The notes under the pieces: model-generated
Told to the model about the DNA's origin: nothing
Seen by the model: only the letters and a program-made list of their open reading frames with translations
The model's database searches: none
Assembly (NCBI RefSeq): GCF_009834535.1
Contig: NC_045696.1
Location: 33,730,001 to 33,794,000 of the forward strand
Origin: Camelus ferus
Taxonomy: Eukaryota
Direction: 5' to 3'
DNA length: 64,000 bases
Shown here: positions 1 to 12,700 of the stretch, piece after piece
Numbering within the stretch: position 1 is the first letter of the stretch
How the letters are laid out: every line of letters begins with the position of its first letter
Position numbers and translations under genes: made by a program

Positions 1-245
1 GACCAGCAGTTGCTGGTTTTGGAGCTGGAGGAAAGAAGCCATTAGCCAAGGGCTCCAGAAGCTGGAAACAGGGAAGAAACAGATTAAAGCATCCAGAAGG
101 AATGCAGCTGACACTCTGATTATTGCCCACCGAGTCCGATACTGGATGTTTGACCTACAGAGCCATAAGATAATACATTTATGTTGTTTTAAGCCATTAA
201 GATTGCGGTAACTTTTTATAGCAGCCATAGAAAACACGTTAATAC
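1..245 (+). mobile_element. MaLR LTR remnant (MLT1-type), 3' part
   Basis: Typical MLT1 motifs: ctccagaagctggaaa...tccagaaggaatgcagc...tgttgttttaagcca...tatagcagccatagaaaac. Confidence 0.75.
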
Positions 246-876
246 TTGTCTAGTCTAAATATAACAGACAATTAAGAAGCCATATTATTTCACCTGTAAT
301 GATGGAGGGTCTACTAACTGAAGGACTAATTTCCAGGCTTGGTATTTTCACATTAAAGATTCACTTACTAAGATGATAGCGAGCCCATGAAGGGAACCTC
401 TAGCTTCCCTTGAAGATGTAAAGTCTTGGACTTCTTTCCAGGTGCTCTCCTTCGATATAAATGAATTGTTAGGAAAGTTTTGCTTTTTCCTACTTACAGC
501 AAGTTCTGTATTAACAAATGTAAAAGCAAAATGACAAAATGCTCCTCTCCCAAAGGGTCCACTGACAGCTTTAGAAGTGTTGTATTAAAAAATTCACAAG
601 CCTCCTGCTGCTGTGTAATTGTTGTAGCCCTTTTCACTTGTCTTCTGTTATAAACACTTGCTTTATAACCATACACTCGTTACTATAACATGTAAATCCT
701 TTGGCTGTAGAAATTAATCTCATTGAAAAAAACCTAAGATATTTTGATTTCTAAAGATAGTTGTAAGTTGCTTAATTGAGTAAGAAGAAAGCAGAGAGCT
801 TTAGTTAATTGTCAAGAAGTGCAGACAAAACCAAATTGCTACATTAAAATATAAACATTAAGTTTACATTAAGTTA

Positions 877-910
877 TTTATTAAACAAATTGAAGATATT
901 TGTTTTTATT
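877..910 (-). terminator. Tandem polyadenylation signals (2x AATAAA), candidate VGLL3 3' end
   Basis: Minus strand reads TGTAATAAAaacaaatatcttcaatttgtttAATAAAtaac, followed by T/GT-rich sequence. Confidence 0.45.
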
Positions 911-3139
911 ACAAAGTCCTCCATCATCTTATATCATCAACACATAGCTATGAGACCTGCCTTTGAAGTGACTGGAAATATGAAAATGTCCCTTCCTCCA
1001 AGCCCATGAAAAACAACAAAAAATACATGATTTTTATAACCAGCTTGTAAAGCCAAAAGTGTTATGAATTACATACTTTTGGTAAATTAAAAATGTTAAC
1101 ATAGCTAAGATTAGTTCATTTCTCTTTCCGGACATGTAAAATTAAGATGGCATATAATTGCTCATAAAACTAATGAATCTGAATCTTTTTGTATTTCAAA
1201 GTTGTAAGATAATACTTCTATTATTAGTTCTCAGTTTACTTAATCAAGTGACAAATAGAAAGCTCACCATGCTATGTATTTTTTTATAAAAGCCTTTCAC
1301 CTTATCTAGATTTAAATGATGAAAACAAACTGAATGCATGTTTTCCCATTTAATATGTGCACTTTAAAACAATACAAAGAATTTACATGAAAACCCTTCC
1401 CTATATTGTATACCCAGAAAAATGTATGGAATAGTATTTTTAAATCAGATACAATACCCAAGATTGTAAACAGTCTAAGAAATTAAATCAAGTGTGTAAA
1501 TCATTGTTATTAAATTTTGCCCGAGCCACAGCATAGGAAAAAATGTACATCTCTATTAGTATAAAGAGATATCATTAGAAAAGTTCACATCTTATGCGTA
1601 TACCAAAGACACTAATTAAAGAATCTTGCATTCTAAAAGAGTTATTCTTAGGTCAAAATTTAGTAGTCCAAAAATCCTTAAAAAGGAAGCGAATTGCTGA
1701 TGACCCACCATTTTCTAGAAGGGGTCATTGTTTATTTACACAATAGAATTGGTAAATTACACTCAATTAGCATTTCTTGAAACTCTACAAGATTGGGACA
1801 ATTTTATGGGATCAAATGTGATTTCAAGAGAACACTAGATTGATCAATTACTTGAAACTATAAAAATATTTTTCAAACAAACAAAAAAAGTACAATGGAC
1901 AGTAAGAAAAGTAAGGCAATTAAGATATTTTAATTATAATGATTATTTCTATACTTTGGGAAAGTGTAGAGGGTGAAATTCCCAGAGAGCACTAAAAGGA
2001 AAATAACGTACTGAAAAATTCTGAAAGTCTGCTCTGTGACAAATCTCCATGAACAAGTTACCAGTTAATTAACATTTTGAAGCTACTGGGACTGAGGTTC
2101 ACTTGCAAGCCTCACCCCTGCCCTACTCTCCAGAGACTTCCACTTTTGAGTGTCTACACAGTCTTCTTCAACATTATTGAACTAAATTTTTAACCTGATT
2201 TTTCTAAAATGATTTACATAATAGTTTAATACTTTAATAACAGACTTAAAGGGCTTTTGGGCCATGTGTTTAGAGAAAACATTTTAACTGCTCTCTCCAA
2301 TCAGCCTTAAATTTTCTGAAAGATGTGTCTTTCATCTTGGAGGGAAAAATAAAAGAAAAAGAAAACCTGAGTCCTTAGGTTCCTGTACATTACAATTGGC
2401 AGACTGATTTCAGTCTTAGTTTCCTACAGTTTCAGCTTTTCGGCTATCCTTCTGTCTGCCCTGGCAGTGATCAATCACAGGAATTCTAACAGCCATCAAT
2501 ACCCCTTTGTAACCACAATGGCTCAAGTGAACCCGTTCCATCTTCAGTAACTGACACAGTGTCAACATCTGCTTCCAATGAAGTTGTTTCTTTTTTTCTC
2601 AAGTAGAATAAATCTGCTGACTGAGATTGTAAAGGTTTTTTTTTTTCCTCCCCTTTTCATGCGGAAAATTTTTTTCCACAATATTTTGCAATTTTTCCTC
2701 CAAAGCAAGTTAAAAAAATAGGATAACTTCAAAAGAGATGTTTTCATTTGAGGTGCTAAGAAGCCCAAAATATAACTAAAAAAATAAAAACTATGGTGAT
2801 TTCATGAAACTTTTGCTTTAATTTTGGAGAAAAAATAATACACAGGGGCCTGGGTGAATAAATTTTAGAATATGTAAGAAAACTAGGAGTTGGACCTACA
2901 TACCATAATTTACTTTCCTTCATCAACAGCACACTAAAATATCAGAGATAATTAAGAAATTTACATTTGATCTTCTACACATAGTAGAAGGCAAAGTTTC
3001 TCTTGTAACAATTTCTTGCAGAAAAGCACAGTCATATATCTATTGGATTGCTGCAGAAATGGGTATGGAAAATAAAAAGAAGGGATGTTTGGGAGTTCAA
3101 TTTTATGATCTACTTCTCAGTTGAGAGATAAATGTGGCA

Positions 3140-3335
3140 TCTGTCATTTATTGAACACCTACTATGAGCCAGATGATTGAGCATCTATATATATGATTTC
3201 CAACCTTCCCAGCCTGCCAGTTAGGTATTATTATCCTACCATACTCATGAGATAAATGAAGCCCCAGAACATACATCTAATTGTGACTAAGCCAGAGTTC
3301 AGAAAATGACCTAATGTCCAAGCCGATGTTCTTTT
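3140..3335 (+). mobile_element. MIR SINE remnant
   Basis: catttattgaacacctactatgagccag...ggtattattatcc...gataaatgaagcccaga resembles the MIR core. Confidence 0.55.
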
Positions 3336-6300
3336 CCATTAATTCATTCTGCCTCTCTATGCACCCAGCCGTCAGCGCTCTAACATAAATACTTTCCTTT
3401 CCCATCACTTAGTGCCACTGCCCCAGTGACTTAATTTGGCAAACATAAGGTAACCAAGAGACACTCAAGGATAGAACACAGTCTCTTGAAACATAGTCTC
3501 TGATTGCTATTTGCATAATGAATAACAACTTCCTCAAAGACATGTTTTATGCTGGTGCCTAGAATTTGTTTTTTCTTTTAAAGTATGTTATAACATTAAA
3601 GAAACTAATTCCTCGATTATTTGCAATTCATTTGTTCTCATTTGCGATATGTAGAATGATCCTGCCCCATTTGCTCAAAATAATAACGTAAATAATCTTA
3701 AAAAGAAAAAGAAAGGAGAAAAATTAAAGGGGAAGGTTAGGAAGGATGGTTAACCTTCTTAAGAAGAAACATTGGTTTTTAAACATTTAGAGCTGCTTTT
3801 CAAATAAACAATGAGGAACCAAATAAGCTGTTAGGAACGAATTTGTCATTATCTTGTTGTTTCTTAGCTCATGATAATTTATTGGTCAAAGCATAGATTA
3901 GATGTCAAATAAATGAGATGATTTTCTAGGGTCTAGCTCCCTCACAGATCTTTAGAAACCTTGAATAAAGTCTGACTTGTAGAATAACCGAAGGTGGAGT
4001 GGTTCCAAATGAAACTGGGGAGGGAGATGGTAGCCCTCAAATAAAGCAGTCTGGAAGCCTCCAAGTTGAATAACATCATTTTGATATGAGAAAACCAGAC
4101 CCAGAGAGTGGTAGCATTTTAAACTTCAGTTCAGAATATCATGCTAAATTACAACTCATCCTCTTTCATGACTTCTGGTGGTAAGGGTAATACGATCTTA
4201 ACATTGGGATGCCAGACAATTATACAGACAAGCACTCATTCATTTTTACTGAGATTTTGATCCACTCCTTGTATATGCAAGGATCTGATCCTTGCAATGT
4301 GCCAACAACACCTGGGCCTGTTCTCCATGGGGGATTCACTTACAGATCTCTCCTGTGTACAGCAGAACCCAGGTCCCCAATTTTTCTTGGGCCTCCAGAG
4401 CCAAGGAATGTTTCAGCATATACTTACCAGTAGTGACACAGGGCAGAATCTAAATTCAGGGTCTGCTCTCTTTCCTTCAGTTCAATTCAGTGGAGAGTAA
4501 GGAAGGAACAAAGTTAATGCTTTTCTCCTCTTAACTGGGAAAATCCAATTGAATGATCTGAATGAGATGGAGTACAACACTGTTCTAAGAGGAACTACAA
4601 AGGAACTTGAGAGCTTCCAAAGGAAGAGAGGGGAAATAATCCCTAGTGAGTCGTTCCATGGGAGCTACTGAACACCTGTCTTTGAAAATTCAGGCAGACA
4701 CAAAATCAAACCAACTTCATAGAGTCATTCAACTCAGTGCTCCATAGATTGGGGCAAATTACAAACAATTGTATCAAATCAAATTGCAGATCAAAATGTA
4801 GATAATTTAACCAAGCCACTCTCTAGAAATCTAAGTTCATATCATAAGTAAGTGAAAGATACCTTAAGTTTGGACCTCGCATTAGATAAAAATGTGTATA
4901 CTGTGTTAAGGGGAGTCTGGTTAAGAAGAAGCAAAGTGGTGATGACAATACAACAGAGTATGTAGGTTTGTAACTCTTAGGATGCACCAGGAAAGAAGGC
5001 TTATGCATAAAAAATAGAGTTAAGGGAAATATCTGAAAAGTATCTGTGAGAACTCTGCATAGTCAAGCAGAGATTGTTTTGTTCTTAATATCTAAAATGT
5101 TCACACACATGAGATATGCAATTTAAGATAGAAGATGGTGATTCACTAAACACTGTATTTCACATGGGTGAGGACGGGGATGGGAAAAAATATAGAAACT
5201 TTCTTTTTTAACCAAACTAAAACTTCTATAAAACACTACATTTTTAACATGACCCATCTCTGGAAACAGCTGAAAGACCAGATTTTGCATTGAAAGTCCT
5301 TAAAATACCAATAACTGCTATTTTTATAATCTTAATCTTTTATAACAGCAACTTAATGACAATCTCAACTTCTTCTTTAGATCCTAAGGGCCATGTCAAG
5401 TTGAATCTTGAGTTCTCAATAATAAATTTCAAATAGCAAACTGTCAATTCATTAACCTACTTTCAGTAATTGTAGTATAAATCCCAATTTAAATTTATTT
5501 TGCCCCCAATTTTTTTTCTTAAAAAGAATTAAATCAACTAAAACTAAATTTAAACAAAGACTTACAAAAACCTATGTTTAAAATATTATATATGCAATAC
5601 ATTATTTTTCAATTGACAATGATGGGTAACACTCTCAGAAACAGCCATTGAATTAAAGGCTCTGTGATGTGTCTAGTACATTCCCAAATGTTTTCCCTTC
5701 AAACTATCTTCAGGAAAAAAATTCACTTAAAATATGACAAAAATTGCCATGAATGAATAATTATAAATGAGAAAAAGAAGTCACTGGCACTCAAAAGTAG
5801 CATGGCTAAATGCATTTTTCCAGTAGTTGGATATAAACTCTGTTTCCAATTATCAAAGTCGGATGGACTGGGAGGGTTATATACTCAAGGAAAATGCTCC
5901 ATCTAATTGAAAGTTTATGCAAACTTTCTTCCTAGTCAACTTCTAAGTACTCTTTGGGAGAAATCAAAGCAATGAAATAGGCTTTCTTTAGAGTGGTCAT
6001 TTTAAAACTTCCTTTTCAAGCCATACATGCACCTCAAAGCTAAGTGAGCTAGCATGGAGTTTAATCTTCTCTGAGATTTAATGTAAAACAATACTATACT
6101 GGCTTGGCTATGGTGCTACTTTTGTAAAAAGGAGAAACTAACAAACATTTGAGGTAACCTAGAAAGCACAGAGCATATCACAGACATCTTAAAGACAAGC
6201 ATTTTAAACATTTTTGCCAGTGCTTCTCTGAGAGCTAGTTCTTTAAACAGAACTTAACAATTTTTACAATATTAAAAAAAAACAAAACACATCCCTCAAA

Positions 6301-6749
6301 ATAGCCCACCGATGCTAAGTCAAACTTTCTGTATTTCTACAAAAATAGATGCACATAGAACTACAGAATTGTATTCCTGAAAGAGCATTTTCTTTGTGGT
6401 TCATCTTTTCCTGGCAAGGGGACTGGTTCCAAAAGAAAAAAAAAAGTCAAACTGAAACAAAAATTAAACCTTGTATTGATAAAAGCAAGACAAAAAATAA
6501 GAGAGTCGCACAGTTGGCAAAGGCTCAGATGAGGGAAGAAATAAACAAAAATGCTTTTCTTCAATGTCTAGGACCCACTCTACTTTCTCAAGAAAAGGCT
6601 CCAAACCAAAGTCAGCTGGATAACACTTCCTCTTCTCCTTCCACGTCTACTGCGTTGTGTCCCCTTGCAGAATGACAAACCCTGGCAGCATCTTTTCCCA
6701 GTGGGCCCATGGGTTCACGCTCCAACCTGACCTGCTAATACTGTGTGTT

Positions 6750-6793
6750 TCAGTACCATGGTGATTCCTTGCTCTTGTCTTGATGCTGTAGAC
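6750..6793 (-). CDS. VGLL3: VGLL3 terminal coding exon 4 ((G)LQHQDKSKESPWY*)
   Basis: Acceptor cacctcttctag|GT after a pyrimidine tract; TGA at 6752-6750; phase matches the exon 3 donor. Confidence 0.95.
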
Positions 6794-9700
6794 CTAGAAG
6801 AGGTGACAATGAGAAAGAAGAAAAGCATTCATACTGTAGCACTCAAAAACGGGCATCATCCACAGTGCACTGGATAAAGAGACCAAAAAGACAGTCTAGG
6901 CATCTGCGAGGTATGACCTCAGGATGACCTGATCTCTAAGGAAATTCTGTGCCTGAGCTCATAATTTTCAAAAAGTCAACCCACATAGTAGATGACCAAA
7001 AAGCTCTAGACTAGAGCAGTGCTATTTGCACAGCACAAATTCTTTGTTTTTTTAATTGAGGTATAGTCAGATATAATGTATCAATTTCTGGTATACAGCA
7101 TAATGTTCCAGTCATACCTACACATACACATTCTTAACTGTGGTTAAGATTTCGATCTTCCTAGAGTGTGAGTGAATAATAAATAAAATAAAATAATACA
7201 AATGAAATCTTATTTCTAATCTCAAAAGGAACTGATATTGCAGGGAAAGGATGTAACCAATCTTTGGGGGCATGTAGGCAGTGCTTCACTTAATAGTTTT
7301 CAGCAACCATCACAATGACTCTTGTGGAATAAAGTAGTGACTAAATTTACTTATTTTTATCACTTTTTCCTTCAGAAAATATTTAAGATGGTTTATAAAA
7401 ATTCCATACCTCATAGCCAGAAAATAAAATTTACAGATAAGTTAAAAAATAGTGACAAGAGAAAAGTATGTGAGCATGAAGGAATTCCAGCTCAAAGCTA
7501 AAATGATTAGGAAGAAGTTGATCATAGAGGCGACAGAAAATGTGACTCTGATTTGGTTCTGATACAGTCCGTTGACTAATTTCTGATGTGGGCAATTAGC
7601 ATAGCATTTTCAGCTTATACCCACTCGGAGTCACTATATTTTTGTCCCACAGCATACTTGTTCAGAAGAGTAAAGACACTGAATAATGGTTGTTTTTAAG
7701 TTGTTTAAAACCAAGTACCAAAACAAGAAGAGAAGGCTGTTAAACAAGTGGGTAGAAATGCAGTTTGACTGCTGTTGTGCTAGGATCCCAGGCTGTCTTC
7801 TTGATCCTTGATCTAAAAGCTATAGTTGCCTGGGCTGGGTGTCAGATTGAAAGGTTAAAATGAGCCAGGATGGTTTTCAATTGCCACTAAAGTAGCTGCA
7901 GTGATTTCATTTCCTGTCCTTCAGCTTGTCAACGGATTTTATAAAACAATGGATGTCATTACAAAACAGACACAATAAGTCAGTCATTGATGGGCGACAT
8001 TAAGACAATCTACAAAAAAGACTACACAAAGGGAGATGGAACAAACAGAAGGACACACAGAAGCACCTTATAGAACCACAAGGCATGATTTCTGTTTCAT
8101 AGCACTTGTATAGTGGGAAAAAGCAACACTTCCCTGAATGCAGAAAAATTAGTTCCATCTTAAGTTTTTTTAATGTGTAATGATAGCATTATGCTTAGAT
8201 ACAGAGTCAACAGTTTTCCTTTCCCATTTCAAAAGTAGAACAGGAGGAGAAAGAGGAGAAAGAGGAGGAGGAAGAAGAAATAAAATGATCTGGGGCATAT
8301 CAATTCACTCTGTTTGCTTTATTCATTTTCAAATAATTGTGGCCAGAATAATTTGCAACCTGACAGAGTCTCTGTTGGGTGACTCTTATAATCTAAACCA
8401 GCTTAACTGACAATCTGCTGACTGCATAAATATTTTTTTTCATTATTAATACATTTCATCTTCTGTATGACTCAGTATTTCCACACTTGAAGACTCCATC
8501 AATCTATAGAATGTCAGCGCTGCAAGTCATGAATAGTGTTGGACTCATCAAGTGGTTTGAGTGTCTTTTTTTCTTCTTAAATAAAAGCAATTCCTAGTTT
8601 GCCTTGCAAAGACAGATGACTCCATCAAAATCATGTTAGCCTTTTTCTGTAGACGAGTATTACATTACTTAACATAGCCCTAAATTTTCCAACCAGAATA
8701 AATGGTTGGAATAACTCTCATTATAACTTCATCTTTTCAATATAGTTTTTTGTTCCCAAGTCTTTGCATTACTCCAAAGCAAACCTTAAAAAAATCAATT
8801 CATCTATAGCCTGAAACATATTAAATAGCTAATGTGCTCTTTGTGGTTTAGCTTCTTCTTAGTGATGGGACATAAATCAAACTTTGCTTTAATAACCAGG
8901 AACCCATATCTGTAAATTTCAAAATAGGGATAAGTAAAGCACAAGAAAATGAACAACTGCAGACAAAAGACACTACTACTAGTAAGCTGTAATGGAAAAG
9001 CAGAGCTATGACTTTTTTTGTTAAACATTGTTGAGGGTAGATCAGATTATTTAAGAATCAACCAGTACATGTTGTTTTTCCAGCAAGGGTGAAAGGAGAC
9101 AAAATCATTAACCCATGATCCTTGTGTGGTCTACATATATCTTTAACCCATGATTCTTAGATGGTCTACAGATATTTAGAGTTTCCCCAAATTTTCTTAC
9201 TAAAACACAAAATCCACTCTGCTATTATTTTGCTCCTATTTAAGCTTTTTCTTTTTTTTTCCTCCTCACTTCCCTGACTCAAACCTATATGAAATTAGTG
9301 TATAACACAGCCTAAAATCTCCCCACTGGCTAGCTGAAATCACCTATGTTTATCTCTTGATAATAGTACCTCAGTTTTAGTTTTATTGTTTAGTTCACGA
9401 GATTTTCAATAGAAAGGGAAATAAACATCACAAAGATATTAGCAAACACTTTCTTAGGGCTGAATATGCCAGACATTGTGCTAAGTACTTTATGTGAAAT
9501 ATCCCATTTAAGGCTTCCAACCATGCGATATATTTTTTTAACTTCATTATACAATTGAAAAATTGAGACTAAGAGAGCTTACGTCAGCTATTAAGTGGTA
9601 GAACCAGGATTTAAAATGAGGTGGTCTGCTATCAGAGTCAATGGTCTTAACCACAACGTATGTCTCCCCTGTATGGACTATATTGGATGTAAGCTGTCAC

Positions 9701-12700
9701 ACTTAGCATATACTCCTGCAATTCCCCAAGTCAGAATTCCTTTGTTAATTCAAGGAAAAGCCAATACATTTTTAATATTCCTTTTTACACTGTTTAGAAA
9801 CACCCTGGTTTAACAGAACTGATACTAGTATTAATAAAAGAGTTCTCTTAGTGTTTTTCTAAAAACTATACCTTTTCAATGTTTGTCCTAAAACACAGAA
9901 AATGATTACACAGTAGTTTGCTATACTTCAGATGAAGACTACTCCAATCATGTAATAGGACATGTCTTATTAATTGAGATTTTTTTTTGTTATGTATCTT
10001 TAACATAAGCACCCCTCCTCCCCACCCTCCACAGACTTCCCCAGTGTGAACACGGAATTTGAGAGTCTTGGACTGAGTCAAGAGAAAAGCCCGAAAGGTA
10101 ACGCAGGCCCACAGACCCAGTTCCTCACTTCAATTCCATCAGCACTAACACCTGACCACTGGAAGAAAGGGCAAAACAAAGCCCGGACCCAGGAATAGAA
10201 CAAAGGAAGTATGAATATAGGAAGGGCAGAATGATTAAAAGTGAGAGAGAAGTCTTGGTCAAAGAAGAACATAACATGATTTCTCTTTAAAATTTGAAGA
10301 ATCTGACTATATAACAAGGCATCATAACTCACTCTCTCATTTTCTGTCTGAGATTTTTGGGAAGCTATTGTTTCACAGATTCACTTCTTGAAAAAAGCTC
10401 TGGGGATAAGGAAGTCGAGATAGCAACAGGGTGTGTCTAAGTTTAAAAAGCCTGGAAACATCCCTCTTCCTAGTTTCCTTCAACTCCTAGGTCTCTGGTG
10501 AAATGATCCTAAAGTTCCCATGGGCCCCGTAACAAGGGTCCAGAAGTCAGTTCAGAGAGAGTTCTGGGCCTGCTGGTGGGTCCCATGGCTATGATGTGGG
10601 TACCCCGTGGCAGAAGAAATGGCATAGGCCACCCCAGCTGAGCACCTTGGTGGGATCACAAAGACCGTGAAGCTGAACTCAAGTAAACGTGCCATTGCTG
10701 GGGTGGTGGGGCTGGGGGTGAGGGCTCTGGACAGAGAGGGCACAGAGAAACAAGAGTCGGGGGAGGGGATGTGTCTGCAACAGAGGCTAAGCTAGGAATG
10801 AACTGACAAGACCAAGTAGCAGACAGCAACCTTCTAATTGACAATTTTCATGACTAACACTGGGAAAGCAGAGGCAATCCGTAGGGAGAGGCTGAGGGAA
10901 GAATCCGAGAAGAGGTTTCAACTCTGAGTGGGACATTGTTTTAAACTGAGAGCAGTGAAGATATCATTGGGTGGGACTATGAATACTCAGAATTGATGAG
11001 GTTAAGTTTTCTACTATTGGGTAGAAGTAAAGGATACATTGGGTTACTGAAAAAGTTACATGCCAGCACACATGAGTTTTAGGATATATGTGATTATCAG
11101 AGTCAAATCCACTAGAAAAAACATGTCCTCCTTCTCAGGAAGCATAAACACTTGACAACACCATTGACTGCAGCTCTTAAGTAAGTTGAATGTGCTTCCA
11201 ATTAACTTTATTGCTTCAGTTAAAAGAGGTAATGTGGTAACCATCCACTGGGGAACATGCTGTTGATAAAAAGAGAAGAAGAAAAATAGGAACATAAAAC
11301 CTGGATGTGTGGGTAGAATATTTTATGACTGAAAAGTAAAGAAAGTACTTAAACAAACTTTTCATTTCATAGATATTGAGTCTAGAAACCCTTGTGGATC
11401 AGAATGCTTGCTATTAGAGTAAAAGAAGCTAGTAGCTAATTTCTACATTAAAAAAAAAAAAGAATCCTTTGCTTCACCCTGGCTTTTATAAAGAACAGTC
11501 ATGATTATTACAAATATAAATACATATAACAGTGTTTGGATGCTACATCAAAATAGCCAACCTTCACCAACAACCTGGCATCTAACACTGACACAGGGAC
11601 CAATGATCACAAACTATGTCAAAAGAGAGACAGTCCTATTATCTTCTCCTCCTTTATAAAGTTATCATTGTTAATGATCAGACAACTACATTTGTTTGTC
11701 TGAGCCCTGGGACAATCCATTTAAATGCTAGTTAAGAATTTCTAAACAAGAGCCACATGGGGGTTGCACCTTAACACTAATGAAAAGGGGAAAAAAGAAG
11801 AGTGAGAGTTATCCAATTTGGAAATTATCATTTCAGATGAATATCAAGATAAATCATGTTTGACTACCATGGAGATCTCCCTTCATTTGTTTTTCAAACA
11901 TTTTTTTAACTTCAAAACATTGTAGATCTCTTGTTTAAAAATCAAGTTACAAAGTATTTAGAAAGTAGAAGTTGGACATAATATCCTGTCATCACACAGC
12001 ATGCTGAGTACAATTCAGCTGTACATACGTACTCATACCACTGTTCATACAGTGTTATCACATGATTATTTCACCAGCAATATTATCTTGGAAAACTATT
12101 TCATGTCAGTATATGCAGATCAATCCTTTGGAGGGCTGCACAGTATTCATTCTTCTCTATACAAGAAATTATCCAGTTCTCTATAGACATACATCTTTTG
12201 GATAACCCCCCAACACACACACATGTGTGTGTACAAATATACGTGTTATTTATGTGAATAATTTAGTAGATAAAAATTCCTGAAAATATTTTTGTACAGT
12301 TGCTGACACCAAAAATATATATACATTTACATTTACGTATTTCATTGTGAGTGGTAAATGTTTCAGAAAGTTTGTACTGATATTCATATTTTTTAATATT
12401 TATTATTAGTATTATAGATTAAAAGTATCTAACTGTTTCAATTTGCATGCCTTTCAGTATTAATGAAACTGAAAATTATGTGATTAGGCCATTTCTTCCT
12501 GTGTTTTATCTTTGGCCAGTTTTCCATGCTTTTAAGAAAGCAATTTTTTCATTGATTTCTGAATGCTTTTTGTATATTAGGTATACTAGCATTTTTTCTC
12601 ATGTATTTCCACTATTTTTTGTCAATTTGATGAGCACTAAGTACCTTCACACTCAGTACTTAAATGTTGGACAATAATTCTTTTAAAACTTGTCACAAAT

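Larger units (their letters stand above)
860..6749 (-). other. VGLL3: VGLL3 long 3'UTR (end uncertain; may extend past the window start)
   Basis: AT-rich, repeat-poor sequence after the stop codon. Minus-strand AATAAA hexamers at 5499-5494, 1736-1731, 910-905 and 882-877. Human VGLL3 is known to have a multi-kb 3'UTR. Confidence 0.55.

Noticed and set aside
6349..6675. 108-aa plus-strand ORF antisense to the 3'UTR
   Set aside because: Low-complexity Lys-rich translation of A-rich UTR sequence; no supporting signals.
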